Part shown: piece after piece, positions 39,611 to 54,000 of the stretch | Layout of the letters: every line of letters starts with the position of its first letter | How positions within the stretch are numbered: the stretch's first letter is position 1 | Assembly (NCBI GenBank): GCA_964016885.1 | Contig: OZ024748.1 | Coordinates: 18,290,001 to 18,354,000 of the forward strand | Direction: 5' to 3' | DNA length: 64,000 nt | From: Eledone cirrhosa | Taxonomy: Eukaryota | Program-made: the position numbers and the translations under genes | Notes under the pieces: model-generated | Told to the model about the DNA's origin: nothing | Database searches by the model: none | What the model saw: only the letters and a program-made list of their open reading frames with translations

Positions 39611-40643
39611 ATCCTGCAGTAGAGGTGGTGAAAGCTGATAACAAATTGTTGAAGCTCAGAGAGGAGATGATGAAGGAATATGATGAGCAGAGAGATGTTC
39701 TGATAAAGACCCCTGCAATCATAGAAAAGCAGATGATGATCATCATCAAATTGGCTATTTTAGTTTAACCAACTTGCTGAACGAATATACTTTGCTGAGG
39801 AGATTTAATAAAACTGGAACATGTCCATTGCTTTCATCAAGTTGGCTTATAGACAAAGTGCAACTGCACCGTCTTAAATTGTACCAAAAGACTCAGAACA
39901 ACCCCAGACCATAGCAGACTTCAAACAAATATTCATACAGTAATTTCAGTGTTGCAACACGTTTCACCACATAAATTAATATTGACAGCTCCATCATTGT
40001 TGAGCTGATATAGACGGTTTTGGCTGCTGTTTCCAGCGTCAATATAAGCCCATCATATTGAACTAATATATTAAGTAAGAAATATTCATCCAGTAATTTT
40101 ATCGTTGCAACACATTTTCCACCAAGTGGTCTACTAATGGCATGGTATGTGTGATATATATATTCAACTTGTCCCTTTGGGTGGAATATATTTATATGGT
40201 AATTCAACAATACAACACCTTGTTCATCATACGGTCTAGCAACGAAATGGTATGTATAATATATTTTCAACTTCTCTCCTTATTTCTAAGAAGATTTCAC
40301 CTCCCAATGAAGGAACTTTAATTTTTCTAATATTGGTTATTCCAATGTCTTGAGTTCCGGAAAAGATGGCCGGGGTATTATATAAGTTTAAGCTGACTTT
40401 TTTTTAGTCGATTTGGCTGGTATTCCTTCAAAATGAGATTTTGGCTTAAGTTTAATATATGAATATATATATATTATTATTCAAAATCCCGCCAAGGTTA
40501 ACTTTGCCTTTCATCCTTATGGGGTCGATAAAATAAAGTACCAGTAATACCCTGAAATAATTGCTGGCCTTGTGCCAAAAGTAGAAACAATTATTATTCA
40601 AAATGTTAACAAATGAAAAATATTCTCATAATCAAAATATATA

Positions 40644-40702
40644 CTTTATTATACATATTTCAAAGGTACTATGGTGTATAAGTACGTTTTCATCAGACAA
40701 AA
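40644..40702 (-). ncRNA. Minimal type-I hammerhead fold
   Basis: Reverse complement: UUUUGU CUGAUGA aaacguacu..aguaccuuu GAA AU-augu-AU A AUAAAG. Confidence 0.6.
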
Positions 40703-43700
40703 TATATGAATTGATATATGACATAACGCTACGGTCTTGATTATTCAATTCCAGTATTGTTAACATTTTGAATAATATTAAAAACTCCAGGAAAACCAAT
40801 TGTTGAGTGCTTCTAATCTATTGTAAAATTGTATTCGTTGAGTAATCAACGAACCATACTAATATTTGGTTTTATATATAGATATATATATAGAGAGAGA
40901 GAGATAAGCGTTTGAACAGCAAGCCTTGCATTGACTTGCAGCACAACGATCGTGTGACTATCAAAAGAATGAGAGAGAGATATGGTTTGAACTCGGCTAT
41001 AGACGAGATGTCGCCAGTTGGATGGTAAATGACGGGCAGACAGGAGGATGAAGGAATTCTACGAGACACAAAAGTAAGAGGTTTAAAATATGATGGACTA
41101 CTACTAACCATTTGTGTCAAGGGCTGCAAACCTTGCTACAATAATGATCCATTAACAAGGTACATAACTCTGTACATGACTGAGGAAATGAAAAGAAAAA
41201 TAATCCAGTTAACTCCCCTCTTTCTAAGTGTTATTTTTACAAAGTTTGCGGTCGCCAATACATCCATGCAGCTTGCAAAACACGATTTACTCTAAGAAAA
41301 TAATTTCTCCATTTATGAGAGTTCTATAAACTCTATAGTTGTAAGAATAAGTGAAGAATTTATGATGTCATATGCTTGTATTTCGTCTCAGAGAAGAACA
41401 AATAGGGAGAGAGAGAGTGATGGTGTCATTTTTTAGGCAAATATTAACAGTTCGCAAGGGATTCCTTTTATTTAAACGAATCTGCCTACAAATCTCCACT
41501 ACAATTGCTTGTCCTTCACTCCATAACCTAGATTGTTTTGAACAACAATCGAAAGAGAGCAATGCTTACACTTAGAGAAGAATGGGTACTTAATAGTGTG
41601 TGTATATTGTGTTTTTGACAAAGTACTAGAAATGTTAAGCTCAGCTCACGGTACCACTTCAGTACAGTGTACTTTGAGTGAAATTTAACTACCATTTCTA
41701 GCGGGTCAAGCTATCACGTACAGCAATAATCCACTACTAAAGACCTTATTCCACGCTCAACAATTACTCTTTTCTTAGTTTTAGTCTGTCTGTTAAAAAA
41801 CGAAAATAACAACCAGACACAAAGAAGTGTTTATATTTAGAAAAAGATAGATACGTAATTGTGTGTGTATTATGTTTTTAACAACATACTTGAACATTTT
41901 CAACTTAGCTGGCGTCAGTCACCCAAGTACTGGAAACTATTGGTGTTGTCATATGATTTCTACTATAGGCACAAGGTCAGCAATTTGGGGAGAGGAGAAG
42001 TCGATTAAATCGACCCCAGTGCATTACTGGTGCTTTATTTTATTGACCCCGCAAGGATGAAAGGCAAAGCTAATCTCGGCGGGATTTGAACTCAAACGTA
42101 AAGGGCCATAACTCTATGTTGCAAAATACAATGTGTGTGTGGTGATGTGGGGAGGGTGTACTGGGATCATTGTCGTTTAACCCCAAATATATATGATCAA
42201 AGCCGTTCCACCTATGACCATCACATTTTTTGTTCAGGAACACTATATCCTGGACTACAATGTCTAGCAGCACGACCAATCACATAGAGGTTCCTAGTAG
42301 TAGTAGTTGTAGTAGTAGTGGTAGTTGTGATGGTAACAACAACAGTAGTGGTAGTAATAGTAACAACAACAGTAGTAGTAGTTGTAGGAGTGGTAGTAGT
42401 ATGTATTAGCCCGATTGTCTCAGCCTCCTCTTATAATCCGAACACTAACCCAGTTAAAAATTTTAATTAGGTCAACAACAATAATAATAATAATTAACAC
42501 ATTGCATTTACTTAATTGCATTGTATTTTTTGTATCAGTTGTTATAGCAACAAAACTTGTTGCTGTTTAGCCTGTAGGTTAGCCCAGATACAAAAGGAAT
42601 GCTGAGATATGTAATCCCTGGTGGAGAGATAAGGACGCTGTAGTGACAGACATACAGCATCTCTTGGGCAATTTAAATTTGGTGGAGCCTATAAACCTTC
42701 CAGATTTGAATACATCCGATTTCTTCCAGGAGAAAGAGAGTGTGTGTGTATGTATTAATGTGTGTTTGTGTGTGTGATAAAGATGAAGTGAGAAAGAGAT
42801 ACAGAGGAAGAATTTACTCCGGTATTGGATACTGAGCTGGTACTTTTTTTTATTGACTTCACAATGGATGAAAGACAAAGGTGACCTCGGCAGAACTTGA
42901 ACACAGAGCAGAGAGCCGGAACGAATACTGGAAAGCATTCTGTTCTATGTTTCCTATACACACACACATATACATACATACAGACATACAATGCACACAT
43001 ACAATACACACATAAATACATATAATACACACACACATACACATACAATACACACATACATACATATATACATACACACGCACATACATATGCATATGTA
43101 ATTGTGTGTGTGTGTCTGTGTGTGAGCAAAGATCATCTGCTAAGACAAGACATGTCCTAAGGCCTGACAAAACAAAGACCCAGATTTTAGGTGTCAATGA
43201 AGACATTAGTGTAAAGAAACAATGTTGAGCTGACAACCACATCACCTACAGCTGACTGAAACTTATTTAGGAAACTACTTATTAATGTCTCTATACTTTA
43301 GAAGATCTGGCAGATTTCTTCTTCTTCTTGCAGCAATCTTCATTAATGGAAGTAAGGTAGCTAGCCTTGCACTTCAAACCTCCTCCCTTCTCAACATAGG
43401 CTTGTATGTATATATATATTTATATATGTGTGTGTATGTATGCAGGAAGTGTGTGTGTATATATATATATTATATGTAGTAAACCCTTCTATTCTGTATG
43501 TTGTGTTAACACCTCTCTCTCTCTTTGTATTGTGAAGGTTCATAGCTCAGTGTTTAGGACATTCAGGTTACAATCGTAAGATTATGAGTTTGATTCCCAG
43601 ACTCGATGACACATTGTGTCTTTCAGTGAGACACTTCATTCATTGTCACATACTGTGTTATGTCGAATCTCTCTCAGATCTACATTAAGGGTACACATGT

Positions 43701-43736
43701 TTGTAGGATGTTCAGGCACTTTCCCAGTTAATTTCA

Positions 43737-44235
43737 CTTCTTACCGTGTCCACAAGAATGTCGGCTACAAAGCTTGGCTAGATGTGGTTCTGCCACAGCT
43801 GAATACATTGCTGCCCTTTCTCATTAAACTCTGCCAAGTCCAATCCTGTGCAGGGGTGTTGCAGCAGGGGGCATATCAGGAGGTGTTACATAGTCTGTGG
43901 TTCTATGCCGCAGTCGCACACAATGTCTCCATCCTTTAAATATCTCCATTTTGCCAGATTGGCTTTTACATGACCAACACCAGATCTTAATCTGTTGAGG
44001 TATTTCCTCACTGCATAGTTTGTATCTGTTCCAGGGGGCAGTGCCTCGTTCACCTTTAGCTCCATTGTTGTTACAGGTGGGAGGTTGTTAAGGTTTTCTT
44101 CCTAGTGAGTGACTCTTTCACTACTAATGCAAGATGTTCCAAGGGGTGTGACACTCTTTAGGAAACTTTTCCTGGCTTTAAGGTGGCTTTTGGCTGGCAC
44201 ATGGCTGAAGAGAGGATGTTTTTAATTTCCCTAGC
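43737..44235 (-). mobile_element. Ingi/Vingi- or I-group-like LINE C-terminal fragment (CCHC knuckle), adjacent to a SINE head at about 43535-43737
   Basis: Reverse complement translates ..YLNRLRSGVGHVKANLAKWRY..VCDCGIEPQTM*HLLICP..LWQNHI*; one in-frame stop and an upstream frameshift. Confidence 0.7.
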
Positions 44236-45273
44236 AGGTTATTATTCTGTTGTTCAAACAACTGGAACCAATGGAGGCACAACAACAACAATAACCCTCC
44301 GTTATATGTGATATTAAGGCCTCTATACTACATGTTGTATTAAGGTATCTATACTACATGTTGTATTAAGGTCTCTATACTACATTTTGCACTAAGGTCT
44401 CTATACTGCATGTGGTATTAACCCTTTAGTGACCTTATTTCTGCCTGTTCGAAGCATGTGGGCGACGTCCTGGGATTAAGGATACCTTCCTAACTCCTTC
44501 TATCCATCCAACCCACCAGTCTCAGAGACCCTGAAAAGAGTTTTGGGCACTGCCCTACCCTCCTTAACTGAACAAAGGTCAAAAGAAAGGTTTACTATTA
44601 CGACTCTAGTGTTCAGTGTAGTCAGCATCAAGTATATATGTCAGTGAGAGAACGAAGTATCATTGGTCTATAGAGTGATGATGGTGTCTTGTGGGATTCA
44701 AGTTACTAGGTCACCAGCAGATCACCACCAGATCACCACCAAACTATCACTAGATCACCACCAGATCATCACCAGATCTCCACCAGACCATCACTAGATC
44801 ATTGTTAGTTACATGCACACTTATATACATTCACACAGCCATAAACACAGACGCATACACACAAATACTCAAACATGCATACACATACATATGCACACTC
44901 ACATGACACACACACACACACACACAGTCACTCAGACATACACACACACACACATAAAGACATACAGATTTATATATATATATATATATTAGTGCCACAA
45001 CATCAAGCCTGAAACAAATGAGATCGTGTAGGTGTCACAACAAAAAAACACACAGTCCACGCTGTAATGTGACCGTGTAGGCAACACGGTAAAAACCTCC
45101 CAGTCCCACACTGTAAATGTGGTTGGTGTTAGGAAGGGCATCCAGCTGTAGAAATCAAGCCAGACAGTCCTATGCGAGCAAGACAACCACTCTTGCCTCA
45201 AGTGGGAAAACCCCCGTCCAAACCCATGCAAGCGTGGAACATGGACGTTAAACGATAATAATGATGATGATGA

Positions 45274-45309
<36 letters not shown>

Positions 45310-45312
45310 ATC

Positions 45313-45454
45313 TAAGGCGGGTAAAATTCCCGAGATCCATGGACGAGTTCTCTCCAGCGGTCTCTGTCTTTCATTATCGCTGCCATGTCCTGCGTCTCCA
45401 ACAGACCAGTGTCTGTCCTTAGGGCATCAACATACGTTAACCTTGGTCTTCCTC

Positions 45455-45457
<3 letters not shown>
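45313..45457 (-). mobile_element. LINE (RTE-like) extreme 3' fragment embedded in (TA)n
   Basis: RRGRPRLTYVDALRTDTGL...MKDRDRWRELV. Confidence 0.65.
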
Positions 45458-45503
<46 letters not shown>

Positions 45504-45899
45504 CATATATCGGTCAATACCAGAGCAAAGTTGACTTATATATTGTTGTTGGTTTACGTATATTGATTTACATAGATTGATCTATGAAACGGGGGCGGGG
45601 TGCATTTCTAGTGACTTCTCATCACCAATATCATTGCCTAAAGTAGAAACCATTATTATCATTGACATGATGATGATGATGATTGTGGTGGTGGTGGTGG
45701 TGGTCGTCGTTGTCGTCGTCGTGATAATAATAATCCTTGTCACTGTAGTCATTGTCGGCAATATTGTCATCATCATCATCATCATCACAATCTTCATCAT
45801 TATAGTTAACATCATTATTAACAATATCATCATCATCACCACCACTTGCATCATCACCACCACCACCACCGTCATGATGATCACCATCATCATCATCAT

Positions 45900-45956
45900 C
45901 ACTGCTGCTACTGTTGCTGCTGATGGTGTTGTTGCTACTGCTGTTGTTATTGCTGC

Positions 45957-45991
<35 letters not shown>

Positions 45992-46391
45992 TTGTTGTTG
46001 CTGCTGCTGCTGGTGTTGTTGCTGGTGTTGTTGCTACTGCTGTTGTTGTTGCTGGTGTTGTTGTTGCTGCTGCTACTGTTGTTGCTGGTGTTGTTGCTAC
46101 TGCTGTTGTTGTTGCTGGTGTTGTTGTTGTTGTTGCTACTGTTGTTGCTGCTGTTGTTGTTGTTGCTACTGTTGTTACTGTTGTTGTTGTTGCTACTGCT
46201 GTTGTTGCTGCTGCTGTTGTTGCTGCTACTGTTGCTGCTGCTGCTGTTGTTGCTACTGCTGTTGTTGCTGCTAATGTTGCTGCTGCTACTGTTGCTGCTG
46301 TTGTTGCTGCTACTGTTGCTGCTGCTGCTGCTGTTGTTGTTGTTGTTGTTGTTGTTGCTAATGTTGCTGTTACTGCTGCTGTTGTTGCTGC
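45900..46391. repeat. (GTT/GCT/ACT)n trinucleotide microsatellite
   Basis: Pure triplet mosaic; explains the three overlapping low-complexity ORFs. Confidence 0.9.
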
Positions 46392-46499
46392 ATTCTTTCC
46401 CAACTGAATAGTCAGGAGCAATGTGAAATAAAGTTTCTTGCTTAAGGACACAAGCACAACATGCTGCCCTCGTCTGGAATCAAACTCCTGACTTTACAA

Positions 46500-47515
46500 T
46501 CGAGTATAACGACCCATCCCCCAATACCTTACTGGTACTTTATTTTATCAATCCCACTCCCACCCACAAAAAAGTAAAGTTGACTTTGGGGTGGGGGCTG
46601 GGGATATTTTGAATTCAGGACACCTTAAGAGCCAGAACAAATACCACAAGGTATTTTTTTCAATGCTGTACCGATTCTGCTAACCCACCGCCCTTAAAAT
46701 AATGGTTTGGGATTTAGTCACAAGGCCAACAATTTTGGAGGAGGAGAAAGTCAATTAAATCAGCCCCAAGTACGTTACTGGTACTTTTTTTTTATCGACC
46801 CTGTAAGGATGAAAGGTAAAGGTAACCTCTGCGCTCTGCGAGATTTGAACTCGGATCTTAAAGGGTCGTAACTATATGCCACAAAGCATGGTGTCCGACG
46901 CTCTACTGATTCTGCCTATCTACCCTTAAAATAATTGTTTCTACTTTTGGCACAAGTCCAGCAATTACCCAGTGTATTACTGGTACTTTATTTTATCGAC
47001 CCCATAAGGATGAAAGGCAAAGTTAACTTCGGCGGAATTTGAACTCAGAATGGCAAGGGCCGTAACTCTATGCGTCAAAGCATGGCGTCCGACCCCCTAC
47101 CGATACTGCCAATCCACTGCCCTTAAAATAATTGTTTCTACTTTCGGCACAAGGCCAACAAATTACCCAGTACATTACTGGTACTTTATTTTATCGACCT
47201 CGTAAGGATGAAAGGCAAAGTTAATCTTGGCGGGATTTGAACTCAGATCGTAAAGGGACGTAACTATGCTGGAAAGCATGTCCAACCCTCTACCAATTCT
47301 GCCAATCCACCCTTAAAATAATAGTTTCTAATTTACGCACGAGGTCAGCAATTTGAGGGGAAAGGGGAGTAAATCACTTAAATCGACTCCAATACTTTAT
47401 TTATCGACCCCTAGAAGAACGACAGGTAAAGTTGACTTCGGTGGGATTTGAACTCAGAACTTACAGAGCTGTAATTAGATTTCTACTGACGCTCTAACGA
47501 TTCTGGCAATCCACA
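46500..47515 (-). mobile_element. Head-to-tail cluster of five family-A SINEs
   Basis: Five divergent copies separated by four copies of cccttaaaataat (about 46691, 46923, 47120, 47310). Confidence 0.8.
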
Positions 47516-47579
47516 CAAGCTAGAACGGCATATTTTGTGTGTATGTGTATGTGTGCATGTGTGTATATATATATATGTG

Positions 47580-47615
<36 letters not shown>

Positions 47616-47891
47616 GTGTGTGTGTGTGTGTGTTATATAAGAGAAAGGGTGAAGTAGAGAGGTAGATTAAATCTAGCCGTTGCAGACTACACATTTATAC
47701 AAACATATACATACGCACATATGCATACACACATGCACACACATAGGCATACACCTGCACGCATACATACATACACACACATATGGACGCACACAGACAC
47801 ACACTCACGTACACAGACACACATACACGCATGTACGTACACATACATACGCACATATGTGAAGAAAAGATAGCGGTGCTAAATCACTATA

Positions 47892-47899
47892 TCACGTGA
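47892..47899. promoter_or_regulatory. TCACGTGA palindromic E-box (CLEAR-type, MiT/TFE) in the TMEM55 proximal promoter/5' region
   Basis: Perfect 8-mer about 60 bp upstream of the ATG, in the short non-repetitive CpG-containing stretch before exon 1. Confidence 0.55.
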
Positions 47900-47961
47900 G
47901 TTGGTGATTTTTTTGAAAGGGGAAATAATTCTGTTGGTCGGAGTGACATAGTCGAGGGTTG

Positions 47962-48067
47962 ATGATGGCGGACGGGCAACAGAGTGAACGAGCACCTTTG
48001 CTCCTTAATAGTAGAGCAAATGACCCATCACCACAAACACCTTCGCCTTACCAAGATAATGTCCCAG
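47962..48067 (+). CDS. TMEM55: TMEM55 exon 1: MMADGQQSERAPLLLNSRANDPSPQTPSPYQDNVP(G)
   Basis: MADG..ERAPLL resembles vertebrate MAADG..ERSPLL dileucine lysosomal sorting signal; CCAG|gttagt donor; start could be the second ATG at 47965. Confidence 0.85.
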
Positions 48068-51000
48068 GTTAGTTATAAAACCTCTCTCTCTCTTCTTCTA
48101 TTCTCTGTATCTTCTCTTTCTGTAATGTGTTTATTATTATTATGTTTGGTTTGTTGTGTGTGTATGTGGTAGTCCATTAGTCTTTCCCCCCTCCTCAAAC
48201 GCCTTTAACGTTTGTCGTAAATAGACAAATACTATTACCACTACTAGATATATCTCTAGGCCTGTTTATATCAGCATATCATCAACTAACTATATATATA
48301 TATATTTATTTATTGAAGTGAGTGTTGTAAATACCAGTTTACATAAAACGTTCAAACATTAACTGAATGAGCATTTAATACATGTGAGCAGAGTATCATA
48401 TATATATAATGTATATATATATATATATATATTCGTCATATGTGCATATATAAATATATATATACACACACTTTCATTTTCATTACTTACCAAATTATTT
48501 CTAATTAAATATTTCAGTTCATTGTAATTGGCCGAATGTATTCTGTGCAGTGTTGTGGCTTTTTAAATACGTCTAAAGAATAAAAGAAATGTGTTGTTAT
48601 AATTAATTTCATTTAAGCTATCTCTATTTAGCTATTATAAGCAGTTTTTATACATTAGTATTGTCATTATTATTCACATTGTCTTATCAGTTCGTTGCTT
48701 TAACTACTGGTTTCGGAAACTTCTCCACAAACGAATGATAAAGCTGAATGGGAAAATATATTAACTCTAGTTTATGTTTATTACTAATGAATGACATTTA
48801 AAAAAATGCTTTTTCAATAATTCTCAAATACTAATCAATAATATAAAGACGGATGAGGTTAGGAATTCATTCATATCTGTTCGGTTTATATAGATTATAT
48901 ATTTATTCAAGGATTGTTGGGGTGCTTGGTGATTTTAATTTTTACAAGATAACCATCGTCGTGACAAACTCAAATATTCTCCCATTTGCGGAATATATTT
49001 TGATATCGTTGATATCATATTTTAAGTTACATTTTAATAATTCCACATCTCATTTTGTGTTTATCGTCAATTTTCAATGTCTAGTTGAAACTATAGAAAT
49101 ATCTATCTACACATTGTAAATATAATGACGTCCCACCTAATATTTTAAGAGGAATATATTCTATTTTGAAATATATTACATAAATATTGATTTTTTTTTT
49201 TTTTTGCTGTTGATGTTGTTGCTTCTATAAAATCCGAGACAGATTATTCTAGTGTAGGGGAATGAAAATGATGTGACGGGCATGCCTCTCTTTTCTCTCT
49301 CTCTGGAGGTTATTCAGTGAAGGGGTGGGTGGGAAATGACAGCAGAATTAATTGGGTTAGTGATCCTTTTAGGGTCTCCTTGTTGCTCCTTGTTTAATTA
49401 TTAACCATTACAACCACTTTATAGTTTATACGTTGTCTCACTATTTTTTCCCCAGCCGTTATAACAACAAACATGGCATCTCTCTCGCTCCCTCCTCTTT
49501 CTTTCTTTCTCTTGTTTACACACACAAATATGATACGGTATTGATATATTATTGTTCGTATAGCTTAAAAAAACAAAACAATATTTTCTCATCTTTTTAC
49601 TATCGTTAATAAAATATTTTGTTTCTCTCTCAAGTATGGGATATTTTCTAAATAATTCGGACGAGTAAGTTTTGAATGACTATATCTGTTTGTGAGTTTC
49701 TTGTCAGGTATTGTGTATGTAGTCCAGTCAACCAAGCATTGCTACAGAATGAGATGTGCGATGGTTGTTGATTTTTATGAAAATAGCAATAGTAGCATTT
49801 GCTAGGGACCTTTCTCTAAATGCTACTATATACCATAATACTATACTTTAAAAAAAAAAATTTAGGGTCTCTTTATAGTTTATGCTTATAGGCCTGGCAC
49901 TGAAAATATATTTCATACCTTTCCAGTTGATATCAGAAATTTATATATAAAATAAAAAAACACAAGTCCTCGCTTGGTTTTGAGTATATATTTAATGGCA
50001 GTCAACGTGGTTTCATTCTATATAGTGTCGTACCAGTTGGATATTTCGTTATGTTTGTGGGTTTTATTTAAATTGCGAAGTACTTTCACTTTCCAGTGAC
50101 TTCTATTGAAAACCACCACTTTCGCACCATAAGTCACTCCCCCTTCTCTGTCTCTCATTCAATAATGTTCTCTTTAGAATGGGAACTCTTGTTTCCATAC
50201 CATATTCTTGGCTATCGATTTTTGTTGTTTTTTCCTTTTCTAAAATAGGACACAAGAACACACATTCATGGAGGGGGATGATGCAAAAAAACAAAACAAA
50301 AATCGATTGAATTCTGATACATTGTTTATATATTAACGATGCTGTCCCTGTTAACCCACCCCTAAAACACCCTACTGGAGAAGTGAAAGGCAGGAATGCC
50401 ATCCCCCATACAGACACTTTTTTATTTAATTAGAACTGAGAGGAATGAAAGAAAAAACTGGGTTGATCTAAATTAGGGAATATGGTCGTTGTTTAGTTCC
50501 AGTTCCGTTCCGAGATGAAACAGACTTATGAAAAACATTCCAACACTGATTATCCCGTCTTTTTGTCCATAAAGATACTATATCTATAATTACATTATAC
50601 AATGTTTCCGACTTATGCATATGAAAAGGATTTAGCTAGTGTTTTTAGCAGGTCTAGTGATCACCTAGTGGCTCCTTTGTTGGTTCGTATTTGGCTGTTA
50701 TTTCTGGACATGTGGTTAAAATGTCTAAGGAGAAAAATCGTTGGACAGATTTTACAGGCAAAACTGACAGGAGACCCATGGGGATAGACCCCAAAGATGG
50801 TTGGATAACGTCCATAAGTTCTGTTGGGTCTCTCATGGGGATCCAACTGGATGAATTAGACTGTTGCTTCTGACAGGACCCCCTGGAAGGCGTGTCTTTG
50901 AACTCTGCTCCCCATGACCCTCCCAGGATTAAGTGGGCGAAGATTATTTCCAATATAGGTGGCTCTGTTTCGGTCGTGTATTTGTCTCTTCGTCGTTCAC

Positions 51001-54000
51001 TAGGTGGTTTATTTGTGTGATATATGGGATAGGGGAAGTATATGGTTTGTTTTTAATCCAAACGTTTATTTGTTTATCACAGATACATAACTCTCTCCTC
51101 TTTCTCTTAATCAGTCAGTCAGCATCAATTGAAGAAGACAGTTGTAGGCGATATGACTCATGTAGGAGAGCGAGAAAAGTCAAAATATCATGGGATGTGT
51201 GTAAAATAGCAACAGTAATATCGTCAACTATAATCATTGTTTCTGATTTAGGCATAAGGCCATCAATTTTGTGGGTGGGGAAAGTCGAGGGTAATTTAGC
51301 TGCTATTTCTAGCATCTCTAATAGCTACCCAATGGCTCTCCGTTAGTTTGCAGGACTTTGAAACCATCACCACAAGATTCTGATTGTTGGGGAATTTAGC
51401 TCTTATTATTTAATTTTGATAATTTAATATAAAGAAAAGTGTTTGTGTGGAGACCCTATAACATAGGGTAAAGACCCTTAAAAGACAGAAAAAGAAGTTC
51501 CCATCGGCCGCTATGAGGAATCGAACCCCATATCTCCCAGATAGGCAACTTCTTTTTCTGTCTTAAGGGTCTTCACCCTATTTTATAGCATCTCCGCACA
51601 TAAGGACATCATCTTCTGAGCTCTTCGTAAAAGTTCGAGACGTGATGTTTATAAATTAATGAATGATTTCTAACATACGCACAAAGCTACACATATTTGC
51701 TTTGCATGAAGGGTGGTGGTGTGTGTCTGTGTGATGTTATCGACCTAGTACTTGACTTTTAGTACACAGAACATGTTAACATGACCTGCTAAAAATGATA
51801 GTCAAATCCCCCTAAAAGCACGCCCCCTACAGTTGTTGTAATCGGCTTCCGGTGTTGGGAAGGGATTTGAACTTGGAACGTAAATACCACAAGGCAAGCC
51901 TTGGGTTGACCATTAAGCAAAATAAACTCGCAATTAGGATCTCAAAAAAAGGGGCATTTTTATATTTATTTATTTTGAGACCTACTGGTGTAATATTTTT
52001 AACAAGTTGTCTCCAAGTTTTATTACAGCTTAGAGTCTCAAGTTTTAGTCCGACACAAGACATTTAGCTTTCCTCCGATGAAGGCTCCATTCCTGACCAT
52101 CCAAACAACGTAGTCTTCATTTTTGCGAACTTGACAAAACTCTCATCAGCCACACCCTTTGCTATCATCGTCAGCCAACGAAATAAGCCTCTCCAGCGGT
52201 CATGGGAAAACTGCGACTCGTTTGGCTTTCTGAATGGTGCACCTAATTTCAAAATTGCCTTGAATTGTTTAGTAGCGCGACCCACTGCTCGAAAAGGGTT
52301 GCTCGTGCCTGCTCTACAGTATCGCTCGACCTGTTAGAAATAGCATCCAAATCTCTCTCAAAACACACCCTTATCATAAAGGATACATTGGACGTTTTAA
52401 TCCCAGTACGACTGGAACAGCCTTACTCATGGGTCTGCTGAACTGGCCATGGCCTGGGGCTAAACACCATGATCGTCCGACCTGCTAGTAATTGCAGCCA
52501 AATCCCCTTCAAGTTATACTCCTACTGTCTCAAAGATTGAAGGGCATATTGGATAATATAAACGTAGTCATTCATATACTATTTTTGAATAAAGACAGGG
52601 TGGTTATTGTTGGAATGTCTTTGATAATAGGTGCGCTTAACCGGAGCTGACCTAGGGCTAAACGACAAGTTAGTCTCCTAGAATTAAGATTTGTTTCCTC
52701 AACTGTCTGTCCTCAAACACTCCTTCCAGTGGGTCCTGTCAGAAACAACTGTCTCCAATTGATCCAACTATATTCCCAAGCGAGACCAGCCGAACTCGTG
52801 GATGTTATCCAACCATCTTGCTCAGGATCTAACCTTGGGTCTCCTGTCGGTTGGTCTTGCCAGTAAAAATCTATCCGTGGACTCGGGACTCTATCCCCAC
52901 GACATACCTGGGAATAAGTGGACGAAGAAGCTGCCACATTACTTAACAATGTCGGGGATTCATAGCGATCGTTTGACACTTACATTACAAAGAATCAACA
53001 GTTAAGTACTGTGGGACTATTTAATAATCTAGATGTCAGTGGAAATTATTAAAGACTAAAAGACAAACTAATTTACTACGTCGTTCTCAGATCAGCTGGT
53101 TGGGATGGCGATTTTTATTGGCAGTCGTCTCCACATCCAATATTTCTGAAAATATTATCTTAATCTTTGGATGGAAAAGGGAGATAGTGTTTGTTTGCGA
53201 CACAGGGCAGTCAGGATTTTTTATGGGTGTTCTGGTCTGTATCATCATCATCGTTTTTAACGTCCGTTTTCCACGCTTTCATTGGTTGGTCGAGTTGTCA
53301 CGTTCTGAAGTTAGACAGGTCTTGTTCATACGTGCCATACGGGTCTCTACAGCTAGATGCCCTTCCTAATGCCTACCACTTTACAGAGTGGACAGGGTGT
53401 CTTTTATCATTGCACTAGCACTACTGCTGTACGGGGTGGACTTAGTGTCTTTTATTGTGGGACCAGCACTCCCGCTTTACAGGGTGTACTGGGTGCATTA
53501 TATCGTGACACCAGCACTATTACCTTACAAAGTGAACAGGATCCTTTTAGCGTGGCATCAGCACTACTGCTCTACAAGGTGGACTGGATGTCTTTTATCG
53601 TGGCACCAGCACTACAGATTTACAGGGTGGACTGGGTGCATTTTATTGTCACCAACACGACCACTTTACAGAATGAACTGGGTGCGTTTTATTAGCTGCA
53701 TTAGAGAAGTTGTCACATTGCTCGACTAGAAGAGTCCTTTTACACCCTATATTGTCTCTGTCCAATCGCTAAGCACTGACGAACGCGAGAATGAGTACTC
53801 AATACCTATAGTAGAGATAAAAGGCTTCAAGTCGAGCCTGTTACTCTCACGGACGGACACACACACACTCTCTCTCTCTCGAACACACGCACACACACAA
53901 ACAAACACACACACTCTCTCTCTCTCTGTCACACACACATGGTCACTGACACTCTCATGAACACACACACTCTCTCTCTAACGGTCACATACATGGTTAC

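Noticed and set aside
45577-46457. Thr/Ala-rich 291-aa ORF resembling a mucin or antifreeze glycoprotein, plus overlapping poly-Leu and poly-Val ORFs
   Set aside because: Trinucleotide microsatellite is open in several frames on both strands; no signal peptide, no regular Thr-Ala-Ala period, and the start lies in a SINE fragment
51827-52337. Cluster of short non-repetitive ORFs
   Set aside because: No recognisable domain or splice-compatible frame; possibly an old retroelement fragment, but unsupported
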